Assembly (NCBI GenBank): GCA_016839805.1
Contig: JAEOTO010000006.1
Location: 72,751 to 136,750, forward strand
Reading direction: 5' to 3'
Length of the DNA: 64,000 nt
Source: Candidatus Hermodarchaeota archaeon
GTDB lineage: Archaea; Asgardarchaeota; Hermodarchaeia; Hermodarchaeales; Hermodarchaeaceae
Shown: piece by piece, positions 18,768 to 28,700 of the stretch
Numbering within the stretch: position 1 is the first letter of the stretch
How the letters are laid out: every line of letters begins with the position of its first letter
Notes under the pieces: model-generated
The model's database searches: none
Told to the model about the DNA's origin: nothing
The model's input: the letters and a program-made list of their open reading frames with translations, nothing else
Translations under genes and position numbers: made by a program

Positions 18768-20345
18768 TTGCCACGTGGTTTATCAGTCTGCAGGTGGGAC
18801 GATAAAGTTGGCCTGCGTATTGTGGGTGTGTACCCGCGGAACCTAGAGGTTTCTGAGGATGATATGTTACGTGTTTTTACGGCGCACGCTATGGGTAAGC
18901 CGGAAGCTGGTTTTCTCACTATGACTCTTGAAGGAACGAACCTGGCGGTAGCGTCTTTTTACACTGGCATTCTCCGTGGGCGTGATCAGTTTTGTATTAT
19001 GATGTTTATGGATTTGGATGAAGAACCGCGGAGTTTTGAAGAGGGGTTGACGCTTGCGTCGAGTGAGATTGTGGAGAATATTGGTGAGCCGGAGTTTGTT
19101 GAGTATCTGGGTGAAGTGTTTGAGAAGCTGAAGCGGATGGTGGAGCTGTCCGTGGAGCAGCGGCTTGCTAAGGTGTTTGTGGATCAGGAAACGCGGTTGT
19201 TGATGCATAAGTTGGCTCGTGGTGGTATTTCCGCAGAAGAGCTCCGGGAATGGCTTGAGTTACAGACAGGGAAGCATTACCCCGATTTAGGGCTAGTAAC
19301 TCTGCCTTTGTTACGAAGTGGACTAGTGGAAGAGGATTGGATTAACGCGGTGTCAGACAACTGTGTCTTTCTAGTAAACGATTTGTTGGGTGCACGGTTT
19401 CCGCCAGAGCAGGTGATTAAACTTGCTAAAGGTGGCGGGTTAAACAAGGAGCAATACAACGAATTAGAAACGCGTGTGAAGAGTTTCTTTGAGGGTTATC
19501 AGTGGACTGAAGAAGATACGATTATTATTGGTCAGTTGCTGCTAGATCCGGATATTTATGACGTGACGAAGACGTTACGGCGGAAAATTGCGCATAAATC
19601 CGAGTTGGCGGGAGTGGTCGAAAAGGAAGCATCATTGGATAATGTGCTTCGACGTCTAGAGCAGGTACAAGTGATTACGAAATTTGGTGAAAATGCTGTT
19701 GACGTAGCTGCTAACGACGATCCGTTGATTGTGTTAATGGCGGATGTACACTTTGAGTCTTTCTTCCCGGAATTTCTAGTATTGCGTATTCAGGAACGGT
19801 TAGAGGCTAAGGATATTCATCCGGATATTGCGAAGCGGCATCTAGAGTTGCTTAGTGAAATGTATATGCGTATGCGAGAGAAGATGAAAGAACGCAAGAA
19901 GCGAAAGAAGGAAGAGGAAGAAGAGGAACTTCCTGAAATCGAAGCTGAAATGGTTCACCCGCCCGAAGTCGCTGAGGAGGAACCTCTAGAAACCGCTGAA
20001 ATGCCTCCACTTGACGAAAAAGAAGCGAAACGCATTCGAAAAGAGGAGGAGAAAGCACGTAAGGAAGAGGAAAAACGTCTAAAAGTCGAGGAGAAGAAGC
20101 GGAAGAAGGAAGAGGCGCAAAAGAAGAAGGAAGAGGAGAAGCAGAAGAAAGAGGAAGAGAAGCGTCGCAAGGAAGAGGAGAAGCAGAAGAAGGAAGAGGC
20201 GCAAAAGAAGAAGGAAGAGGAGAAGCAGAAGAAAGAGGAAGAGAAGCGTCGCAAGGAAGAGGAGAAGCAGAAGAAAAAGGAAAAAGAGAAGAAGCAAAAA
20301 GAGGAAAAAAAGAAAGAAAAGGAACCTGAAGCTGAGGCTACCTAA
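18768..20345 (+). CDS. uDENN/longin-like protein with E/K-rich single-alpha-helix tail
   Basis: N-terminal RWDDKVG..I...YP motif as in uDENN/NPRL-type longins; possible wHTH segments; C-terminal KKEEEKQ heptads; TTG after GGAGG. Confidence 0.75.
   Translation: MPRGLSVCRWDDKVGLRIVGVYPRNLEVSEDDMLRVFTAHAMGKPEAGFLTMTLEGTNLAVASFYTGILRGRDQFCIMMFMDLDEEPRSFEEGLTLASSEIVENIGEPEFVEYLGEVFEKLKRMVELSVEQRLAKVFVDQETRLLMHKLARGGISAEELREWLELQTGKHYPDLGLVTLPLLRSGLVEEDWINAVSDNCVFLVNDLLGARFPPEQVIKLAKGGGLNKEQYNELETRVKSFFEGYQWTEEDTIIIGQLLLDPDIYDVTKTLRRKIAHKSELAGVVEKEASLDNVLRRLEQVQVITKFGENAVDVAANDDPLIVLMADVHFESFFPEFLVLRIQERLEAKDIHPDIAKRHLELLSEMYMRMREKMKERKKRKKEEEEEELPEIEAEMVHPPEVAEEEPLETAEMPPLDEKEAKRIRKEEEKARKEEEKRLKVEEKKRKKEEAQKKKEEEKQKKEEEKRRKEEEKQKKEEAQKKKEEEKQKKEEEKRRKEEEKQKKKEKEKKQKEEKKKEKEPEAEAT
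20103..20270 (+). repeat. two exact 84-bp tandem copies (KKEEAQK KKEEEKQ KKEEEKR RKEEEKQ)
   Basis: 20103-20186 equals 20187-20270; built from degenerate 21-bp units. Confidence 0.9.
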
Positions 20346-20352
20346 CGCTTTC

Positions 20353-21009
20353 TCAATCCTTCAAACTCCGTTGTTGTTTTGTTGAGAGAATATCACGGGC
20401 CGTTTCCCAAGTTTGCCGGACAACCTCAGGAAATGTATCATGTGTGCTAATCCATTTCGTGAGAAATTGTCGTGTTTTTGGATCGTTTGGGTAGCCACTG
20501 CCAAAATCACCAAATTGCTTATGTAATTCTTTGATACGTTGATCTCTTCGTACTTTTGCGATAATCGAAGCTGCAGCAACAACAGGATAACGACTATCTG
20601 CCTTATGTTCACTGATTACCTTCTTTTTGGTGAATAATTGTGATTGAATCATCCGTCCATAGCGGTCAGCATTAACGTCCGAAGCATCAATGTACGCTGT
20701 GTGCCACTGGAGTTGATTCAGTACCTGCGCCATCCATTGGGCTTCAAGGGTGTTGAGTGTCCGTTTTTGCCGGCGTTGATCATCAATTTCTTGAGCACTA
20801 ATTTCTAATACTTCCACTTGATTCGCAAGGCGTCGTATTTGCTGGTTAAGGGTTTCTCGTCGTCGGGGGGTCAACTGTTTTGAATCTCGAATTCCCCATT
20901 CAATCAGTGCTTCTTCTTGAGATTCTATAATAACAATTCCTGCGATTACTAATGGTCCAATGACTGGACCCCGACCTGCTTCATCAACACCTGCAATTCG
21001 CTGCGACAT
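20353..21009 (-). CDS. rnhB: ribonuclease HII
   Basis: GVDEAGRGPVIGP, DSKQL, HKAD, AASIIAKVRRD, GSGYPND. Confidence 0.97.
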   Translation of the reverse strand: MSQRIAGVDEAGRGPVIGPLVIAGIVIIESQEEALIEWGIRDSKQLTPRRRETLNQQIRRLANQVEVLEISAQEIDDQRRQKRTLNTLEAQWMAQVLNQLQWHTAYIDASDVNADRYGRMIQSQLFTKKKVISEHKADSRYPVVAAASIIAKVRRDQRIKELHKQFGDFGSGYPNDPKTRQFLTKWISTHDTFPEVVRQTWETARDILSTKQQRSLKD

Positions 21010-21089
21010 ACTCAACACCAATTACGCAATATCGATTGCTCCGAAACCATTAACAGGTACGCATTCTTTTAAATTCGTACTTAGATGCT

Positions 21090-21389
21090 TTGCTTGTGAC
21101 TTTCATGGAAGAATGTAAATACGCTGAAATATGGCTCAGTATGTATGAGGGACAATTTCGTGTCTCCAGCCGACTGCCCTCCCATGTTGAAGTTCCATCT
21201 GATTTTCAATGTTTAACACCTGAGGGAGAAAGCATACCCGTTTGTGTTTCACAATTATACTCCTCAATTCACGACGCTAAGGGACGCGCAGCAACTTTAC
21301 AAGATACTCTTCAACAACAAGGCTGTAAGGTCATCTTCTATTTTGAGCTACGTCCACCGATTATCGGAAATCCTCATGGTCCTAGCTAG
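21090..21389 (+). CDS. hypothetical protein
   Basis: 99-aa ORF filling the gap between rnhB and the DedA gene. Confidence 0.5.
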   Translation: MLVTFMEECKYAEIWLSMYEGQFRVSSRLPSHVEVPSDFQCLTPEGESIPVCVSQLYSSIHDAKGRAATLQDTLQQQGCKVIFYFELRPPIIGNPHGPS

Positions 21390-22122
21390 ATTCCCCGGAT
21401 TCTTTCACAGTAGTATTGATTTCATTAACTTTTGCCTGCTTTGCTCGACGACGGATAATAATTCGATAGACCAAGAAAACGACAAAGAAGATAATGAGTA
21501 TGACTAAGATCATAGTTTCAAAGAGGTCTATTAACTCAGCTAAATTAAAGAATGCAATACCAACTACCCACCCTAACACCCCTAAAATCAAACATCGTGG
21601 TAATGCGCCAAGAAAAGTTATGAAAGTAAACCGTTTGATGTCCACTCGAATAGCTCCATAAAGAAGGGAGACGACTGAAAGCGGGATAATCGGTATGGCT
21701 CGTGCCGTAAAAAGATAGATTTCGTCGCGAGAAGATTGTTGCATGCGTTGACGCATATACTCAATTTCATCTATGGAAGTTCCCAAGTATTTCCCATATC
21801 GTTCAATTATAGGATATCCTCCAAAGTAAGCGATTCCATACCCAAAGAAAGAACCAATAGTAACGGCAAATGCGCCAACTAACATCACATTAACAATAAT
21901 GCTAAGAATTGCAGCATAGGGGTCTAATCCGATGGTCAAGATAAACCCCGCTGCCATCATGATAATCGGAGAGGGGATTGGTGCAATGAAGGTCTCTATC
22001 ATAACACCAAGGAACACTCCAAGTGGTCCTAGGGCATGGACCCATGAAATTATTAACCAAATGAGGCCTTCAATCCATGCATCAATAATATGTAGCCAAT
22101 CAAGGATAATGTTCATTATCAA
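21382..22122 (-). CDS. DedA/VTT family membrane protein
   Basis: IETFIAPIPSPIIM..AG, GS..GY.I...GG, ARAIPIIP. Confidence 0.9.
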   Translation of the reverse strand: MIMNIILDWLHIIDAWIEGLIWLIISWVHALGPLGVFLGVMIETFIAPIPSPIIMMAAGFILTIGLDPYAAILSIIVNVMLVGAFAVTIGSFFGYGIAYFGGYPIIERYGKYLGTSIDEIEYMRQRMQQSSRDEIYLFTARAIPIIPLSVVSLLYGAIRVDIKRFTFITFLGALPRCLILGVLGWVVGIAFFNLAELIDLFETMILVILIIFFVVFLVYRIIIRRRAKQAKVNEINTTVKESGESS

Positions 22123-22169
22123 TTACAAAACGCCCCGAAATGACCCATTATCGAAAGATTCTCTACATA

Positions 22170-22508
22170 TCATTCTCCAGGATGAGCACTTGAAATTTCA
22201 TCCCGGGAAGGAAATTCCGAGTCATCAACGAGCACAATTTCTCCATAGCGACCCGCTGAGAGCTCCATTTCTCCCCGAAAAGTTTTCACAAATCCGTTGT
22301 TGATTTCTACCACCACGTCTTCATCAACTTTGTCAATATCATCGTTCCATAGGGATAATTTAATGGTGCCGGTTTCATCTCCCGCCTGAGCAGTGGTTAC
22401 GCGGGCCTTTCCATAGCGTGTCTGCACTTCTCTTACTGGCTCTAGAGAAAGGATGCGTAACCGTATGTCAACGCGACGGGAAGCAGAGGATAATTCATTT
22501 ACTTTCAT
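22170..22508 (-). CDS. ssb: single-OB-fold ssDNA-binding protein (SSB/RPA-like)
   Basis: MKVNEL...GDETGTIKLSLWND...NGFVKTFRGEMELSAGRYG; ATG at 22508. Confidence 0.88.
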   Translation of the reverse strand: MKVNELSSASRRVDIRLRILSLEPVREVQTRYGKARVTTAQAGDETGTIKLSLWNDDIDKVDEDVVVEINNGFVKTFRGEMELSAGRYGEIVLVDDSEFPSRDEISSAHPGE

Positions 22509-22559
22509 TATTCTGGAAACCCTCGTTACAAGATTTATCAAGGATGTACTAATACACAC

Positions 22560-22567
22560 TTTTAAAA
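22560..22567. promoter_or_regulatory. candidate TATA box of ssb, overlapping the predicted TnpB TAM (TTTAA)
   Basis: TTTTAAAA about 52 bp upstream of the ssb start, with purine-rich sequence 5' of it on the minus strand. Confidence 0.4.
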
Positions 22568-23982
22568 CTTGTTTGCAAGTTCTCACTTTTCAAGGCGGGA
22601 TTAAATTGACCCAAGACCAGCAGACTGAAAAACAACGAATACGGTCATATCCTTAGAATGCGCCCGCTGCCACTCACCCGGAAAATTCGCATCTTTCCCA
22701 CACCCCAACAAGAATACGTTCTGTGGGCCCTATCCGAGAAATGCCGTCTTCTCTACAACTTTGCCTTGGTTGAACGACAGCAATATTGGGAAGCCAACCG
22801 GACGAAACCACCCGAGGCGCGCACTTATATAACCTACATAAAGCAGCAAAATGACCTTCCAACCATCAAAGAACAGTATCCCGAATACGCCTGGGTTTAT
22901 TCCAAGGTTCTCCAGATGGTCTTACGACGCTTGGATGCCGACTACAAGTCCTTCTATGCCCGCTGGAACAATGGTGATCACCACGCACGTCCACCCCGTT
23001 TCAAAGGCAAGCAGTATTTCACCACCCTTTGCTACAACCAATCGGGATTTACCATTGACATAGAAAATAAGCGGATCCGCCTCTCCCACAATCACCCCTC
23101 CGGTGTGGAACTCCTATTTGACCTACCATGGCTAACAAAAATTACAGGCAAGGTCAAACAGGTAGAACTCTTTCAGGATCGGCGACGTAGGTGGTTCGTA
23201 GCTATCACTACTGACGAGACGGTACCTGCCTATGTGGACAACGGGTTATACCAAGCAATCGATTTGGGCATCGTTAATCTGGTCACCGCCGTTAACCTCC
23301 ACGGCAAGTTCGTGCAGATTCGGAATCGTCGCCCTGACCGCTATTGGCGGTCAAAGATTCGGGAGGTGCAATCGAAACGCGACCATTGTAAACAATTTAG
23401 CAAAAAATGGTACTGGTATACTGTCAAATTACAAAAGATGCAACGCAAACTGACCAATCAGTTGCGCGACTTCCAACACAAAATCTCTAAGTGCATCGTG
23501 GAAAATACCCGGGCCAATACACTTGTTCTCGGTGCTCTGGACATCAAAGCAATGGCGCGAAAGAAAAAAATCATAGCTAGTCCACGAGTAATTAAGGCCT
23601 ATAGGACTTTGAACCATTCGCTGCAGAATACAGGGTTCTTGGGGCGCTTCGCCGAATTCTTGACCTACAAGGCACAGAAAGTAGGGAAAAGAGTGATAAG
23701 AATTGACGAAGCGTACACCACGAAAACTTGTTGTGTCTGTGGTAAGATCCGAGATCGGCAATTGTCTGAGCGCCGTATTCAGTGCGATTGTGGAACCCCT
23801 CTTGACCGTGACCAGAACGCGGCGGTCAACATCATGGTACGGTTCCTATCGCAGCAACCCCCTGTGAACGGGGAGCCATTACAAACTTTCTTGAATGGCT
23901 TGCATCGACACACAGCCTTACCCCACCTCCACCGGGTAACGGACTCGATGGAAGTTCCTGCATTAATGCAGGGATAGTTCAC
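22566..23982 (+). mobile_element. IS200/IS605-family TnpB-only (IS1341-like) element
   Basis: Degenerate left hairpin (CAAGTTCTCACTTTTCAAGGCGGGATTAAATTG), tnpB, right hairpin GAAGTTCCTGCATTAATGCAGGGATAGTTCAC; no tnpA. Confidence 0.85.
22658..23977 (+). CDS. tnpB: RNA-guided endonuclease TnpB
   Basis: KIRIFPT..Q, PRFK, RuvC-I AIDLG, DEAYTTKTCCVCG...CDCG Zn finger, RuvC-III DRDQNAAVNI. Confidence 0.95.
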   Translation: MRPLPLTRKIRIFPTPQQEYVLWALSEKCRLLYNFALVERQQYWEANRTKPPEARTYITYIKQQNDLPTIKEQYPEYAWVYSKVLQMVLRRLDADYKSFYARWNNGDHHARPPRFKGKQYFTTLCYNQSGFTIDIENKRIRLSHNHPSGVELLFDLPWLTKITGKVKQVELFQDRRRRWFVAITTDETVPAYVDNGLYQAIDLGIVNLVTAVNLHGKFVQIRNRRPDRYWRSKIREVQSKRDHCKQFSKKWYWYTVKLQKMQRKLTNQLRDFQHKISKCIVENTRANTLVLGALDIKAMARKKKIIASPRVIKAYRTLNHSLQNTGFLGRFAEFLTYKAQKVGKRVIRIDEAYTTKTCCVCGKIRDRQLSERRIQCDCGTPLDRDQNAAVNIMVRFLSQQPPVNGEPLQTFLNGLHRHTALPHLHRVTDSMEVPALMQG

Positions 23983-24028
23983 AACTTGTAGGATGGCAAG
24001 TTTTTCTGAAAAGGAAGGGAAACTTTGG

Positions 24029-25756
24029 ATGCCTGTGTCGTCGTCAACGCCTTTTGAAAAACTCGCTAAAGTGTCTGAAGCAATCATGACAACATCAAAA
24101 CGCTTACAGAAGATGGATTTTGCAGGCGATTTCCTTTCTGCGCTTCCTCAAGAAGAGATTGAAGCAGCGGCGCTACTTCTTATTGGGCATCCCTTTCCAC
24201 GAACCAGTCAACGGACGTTAGCACTGGATTGGTCGGCGTTATACCAGATTCTCCAAGAATTGTTACAACCTGCACCTGAATTAATGAATGAACTCTTCGC
24301 CCAGTCAGGTGACATTGGAGAAGTGGTTCATCAATTATTTTTACGATCAGGGAAAATCCGACAAACCCCTCTCTTCACCACACCTCTTATGCTAATGGAG
24401 GTATATGCAACATTCATTGAAATCGCCGATGTTCAGGGATTTGGTTCACGGAAACGAAAAACTGCATTACTTCGATCTCTCTTTACACAAGCGGTCCCAC
24501 TGGAAGCAAAATATCTTGCTAAACTCTTAGTTGGTGATCAACGAATTGGCTTCAGTGAAGGAATGTTAGAAAGTGCAGTCTCACGTAATCTTAACTTGCC
24601 ACTCGAATTAGTCTGTCGCGCTAATATGCTCACAGGAAATATCGGTGAAGTGACACGGATCGCCTATTCACAGGGTGCAAAAGGACTTGAAAAAGTCAGA
24701 TTACGACCGTTTACACCTCTCCTTCCGATGTTAGCCGCACAAGCAGAGGATGTGGAAGATGCACTCCGTACCCATGAGGTGCAATCAGCTTTTGAGATGA
24801 AACTCGATGGTGCTCGTGTTCAGATTCACAGGCAACAAAAGAAGGGTGAATCTCGAATACGCATTTATAGTAGACGCTTAACGGATGTCACCACAAGTTT
24901 ACCTGATCTTATTGATCTTGTGAGAACTCAGGTTACTGTTCAAAGTTGTATCCTTGAAGGTGAAGTTCTGGCGGTGGATCAGGATGGCCGCCCCTTTCCA
25001 TTTCAACATTTAATGAGGAGATTTCGTCGAGTTCGAAATGTTGAGAAAATGGTTGAAGAAATCCCTGTTACTCTTTATCTCTTCGATTTACTTATGCTGA
25101 ATGATGAAGTGCTTATTGATACACCTTACACAAATCGTAGGAAACAGTTAGAAAGAATAAGTGGTACAATACCATTAGTTGAGCAATTAATTCCCTCAAA
25201 TCTTGATCAAGCAAAGGAATTCTTCGAGAAGACAGTACAAATTGGTCATGAAGGTCTCATTGCTAAGCGCTTAGATAGTCTCTATCAACCTGGAATCCGT
25301 GGAAAAGCCTGGTTAAAGGTTAAAAGAAGTATGGAAACTCTGGATCTCATAATTATTGCCGCAGAATGGGGGACGGGTCGTCGACATAAATGGCTTAGCG
25401 ATTATCATTTAGCTGCTCCGGATCCTGAATCAGGTGAATACCATATGCTAGGAAAGACTTTCAAGGGTCTTACTGACGCAGAATTTGAAGACATCACCCA
25501 ACGCTTATTGGAAATAAAAATTGAGCAAACACGTGGTGTTGTAAGGGTTCAGCCCCGGATAGTAGTCGAAGTCGAGTTTGATGAAATTCAGCGGAGTCCC
25601 ACATATAAATCTGGAATGGCCCTTCGATTTGCACGGATTAAACGGCTTCGTTACGATAAAGATCCCACTGATGCTGATACTATTCACCGAGTTCAAGAAC
25701 TGTATGATTCTCAATTTCAACGCAAAGCATTTAGTGATCGTGTTGGACGAACCTAA
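24029..25756 (+). CDS. lig: ATP-dependent DNA ligase
   Basis: EMKLDGARVQIH, EGE, LFDLL, EGLIAK, WLKVK, LRFARIKRLRYDK; ATG 24029 has the better SD (alternative 23993). Confidence 0.96.
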   Translation: MPVSSSTPFEKLAKVSEAIMTTSKRLQKMDFAGDFLSALPQEEIEAAALLLIGHPFPRTSQRTLALDWSALYQILQELLQPAPELMNELFAQSGDIGEVVHQLFLRSGKIRQTPLFTTPLMLMEVYATFIEIADVQGFGSRKRKTALLRSLFTQAVPLEAKYLAKLLVGDQRIGFSEGMLESAVSRNLNLPLELVCRANMLTGNIGEVTRIAYSQGAKGLEKVRLRPFTPLLPMLAAQAEDVEDALRTHEVQSAFEMKLDGARVQIHRQQKKGESRIRIYSRRLTDVTTSLPDLIDLVRTQVTVQSCILEGEVLAVDQDGRPFPFQHLMRRFRRVRNVEKMVEEIPVTLYLFDLLMLNDEVLIDTPYTNRRKQLERISGTIPLVEQLIPSNLDQAKEFFEKTVQIGHEGLIAKRLDSLYQPGIRGKAWLKVKRSMETLDLIIIAAEWGTGRRHKWLSDYHLAAPDPESGEYHMLGKTFKGLTDAEFEDITQRLLEIKIEQTRGVVRVQPRIVVEVEFDEIQRSPTYKSGMALRFARIKRLRYDKDPTDADTIHRVQELYDSQFQRKAFSDRVGRT

Positions 25757-25780
25757 TTCTTCCGCATTTAGGTAAGTGAT

Positions 25781-28700
25781 TTATTTTCGAAGTAAAATCT
25801 CTTCTGAAGCAGAAATCCATCGGGGACCAAGAGTTTGATTGAAAAGCGCTATATAGCTTGGTTGATCACTAACTACAGCCACGGTTTCTCCTTGATTACC
25901 GTAGGTTGGGGCAATTAGGACCTCCTCACCATCTCGCGATCCTCCATAAAATTCCATGTTTGGATTATTCCAGATGCGGATATTACCTTGTTGTAAAAGT
26001 TTACGTGCATTAGTTCGTTGTTTTTCACCATCAAGAGTAGTAATAACATGGATGCGGGTTTGAGGTTGGACTTTACTCAACTCCACAACTGGAACTTCGT
26101 CAAAGGACGGATAAACTAAGGTGATAGTATTACTAACACGGCGAAACATATCCAGGAGATGATTTTGAATTCCCTCACAGGATACAATCCGCCATGTCCG
26201 CTCTGCCTCGGAAGGTTCAAGGCTTAAGAGGGTCTCCCATAAACCAGTTAGGATGTTTTCAGTACTAGTAGCTTGGTTTCGAAGGCGATCCAAAATTGGT
26301 TCAGTTTTTTGTGAAAAAAGCTGTAAAGTGTTGATAGATGTAGTTTCAGCTGTTTTGGCTCGGGTAGTAATTTCCTTAGCAAGGGTTTGGTATTCCGTTT
26401 TCAGTGTTTGACGCTCTTTACTTAACGTTTGACTAATACGTCTTCCCGTCTGCTGAGTCTGAGTTACTAAACTTTCTTTGGCTGTGTCAATAATCTGTTT
26501 CGTGGTGGCGATGAGAGTTTCATTCTTTTGTTGAACATCGATTGAAGCTGATTCTTCAAATGTGTGCATGGTCTCTCTGATATGGCGTAGGCTATCCTGG
26601 ATAGCACGGATTAACCTTGTCTTGGTTAAATCAATGGTTTGTTTAAAGCTTTGGAGAGTTTTTTCAATTTCTTGACCGAATCCAGTCCTGGCTTTAAGAT
26701 TATCTTCTTCAATTACTTGGCTAGTCTCAGAGAGGATTCTATTAAGCTCTGTTTGTGAATCGGTGAACATGGAAGTCAGCTTCTGAATGAGTTGCTCCGA
26801 CGTTGTATTCACCTTGTCACTAATACTAGACAGGTTGGTTTGAATCTGCGTAGCAAATGTACCTGTTTTGGAAGTTAGACTCGTTTGCAGGTTTTGGTTA
26901 ATTTCTGTACTCTTAAATTCAGTTTGGTCTAGAATTTCGTCTAAGGCTGTATCTATTTGTGTATTCGATAGATCTAACGCTTCTTTTCCTTCCTCTGCCT
27001 CCTGAGTCAGTGTTGAAAGTAATTTAGTTTGAGAGGTGTTGATGTATTCAACAAAGTTTTGAAAAGTTGTGGTGACCTCCTTGCTTAGTGAGTTTTGCAT
27101 TTCGTCAATGGCGGTTAGTTTTTGTACCCTATTTACCTCAATTGCCTGTTGCAGTTCAGTATCAATAGTTGCACCTGTAAGCTTGACTTTTTCCACCAGT
27201 TTCGAAGCAACAGTTTGCAGCTGGACTATCTCTTCCTGTAAATTAGTGATGTAGTTCTCAGTTTCTTCTGATAAGGCATTAGTATATGTATCAAGGTGCT
27301 TGTCAATTGCTGCCCGTTGTTCATCGATTTTTTCAGCACAAGTTAGTCCAATTTCCTCAATGATATTCTGGGCTTTCGGGATCTGGTTTTGAGTGAATTC
27401 TTCTAGTTTTGTTTGTATGCCCGTCAGCGTATCGATAACATTGGTACTCTGTTGAAGAATCATGTCATGAATGCTCTTTCTAAGATTTTCTACACGTTCT
27501 TCTTGTTCTTCAAGTTCTCTTTGGAGACTTTCAACAAAACTATCTGCCGTTTCACGAATGGCGGCGAGATTGGCAAGAGTAAGAGATTCAATCTTACCAG
27601 TCATGGTTTCCATTTTCTGGCTTGATGTATTTTTTTGAGCCGTAATGTCGTTACCTAAAACCTCAAGAAGCGTTTGGGTCTCTTGGAGCTGTGCTAGGCA
27701 ATCCTCCTGCATTTCATTAATTCCCTGGATGATTTGTTCATTAAACCCGGTTTTTTCTCGATCAAAGGCCTGGGCAGTTGCTGTAAGAAGATTGTTCGCA
27801 TCATCACTGTAATTAGTAAGGCTGGTCGTTACATTCACGGTTGCTTGATCAACTGCCGTTCCACTGGCTGTACTAAGGGCATTTAGGTTGCTTACAACCG
27901 TATTAGTATATTCATCGATAATTTGGGTAAGAGGAAGCCAGTGTTTGTCTACGAGCGTCTTAGCTTCATTATCGTAAATGTCAATAGTCTCGTTAAGCTT
28001 GGTTTTGAATTTATCAAGGAGAGGTTTGATTTCAGGGGCTTCAGTAGTTAGGTATTCTTGGAGTGTCCTCTGTAATTGGTTTTGTAGGCGGTTCTCAAGA
28101 ATCGTTTGAAAAGCACTTTGGGCTTGGTTTTCTAGTTCTTCACGGTTAATTATCAAAGTATCTTGGTAAGTTTTTATCGCTGAACTAGTAGCGTTTTTCA
28201 GAATCTTAGAAAGAGCAGTTTCCAAGCCTTTAGCATAATTTACTTTGAGGAGCTTCTTGTGGAAAGATTGTGTTTCAGTATTGATACTCTCTCCATATGC
28301 TTTCAATTTATTCCCGAGTAAAGATTGGAACTTCATTAAGGACGATTCAAAATTATTGACCTGACTGTTAAGGTTTTGTGCCAAAGTTTTGGAGAGTAAC
28401 TCTTGAGGAAATTGTGTGAGCTTATCTTGAGTTGATTTAAGAATGGCTGTAATTTGTTTATCACGTAGTGTTTGATTTTTCAACTGCTTGCCGAATTCTA
28501 TCAAAATTGTTTCTAATTCTTGTCTTATTTTAGTTCGTACAACTTTTGACTCTCTTTTTAGAGTTGTTGGGAGTTTTAGTATTTGGCTGGTTGTTGCCTG
28601 AAAGAGTTCGTCAATCTGGCTTTCTCGATTGGTCTGCCGAGTCAGCCTTGCCTTACAGTTACGAAAAATAGCATTAATCTGCGTTTTGAATTCCTTCTCA

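Noticed and set aside
19852-20297. Phe/Ser/Leu-rich minus-strand ORFs; possible CRISPR-like repeat
   Set aside because: Antisense of the E/K coding repeat; no unique spacers and no cas genes.
23500-23560. Nuclease-dead (TldR-like) TnpB because the RuvC-II Glu is missing
   Set aside because: A substitute Glu (DEAYT) typical of rearranged active sites is present and RuvC-I/III Asp residues are intact.
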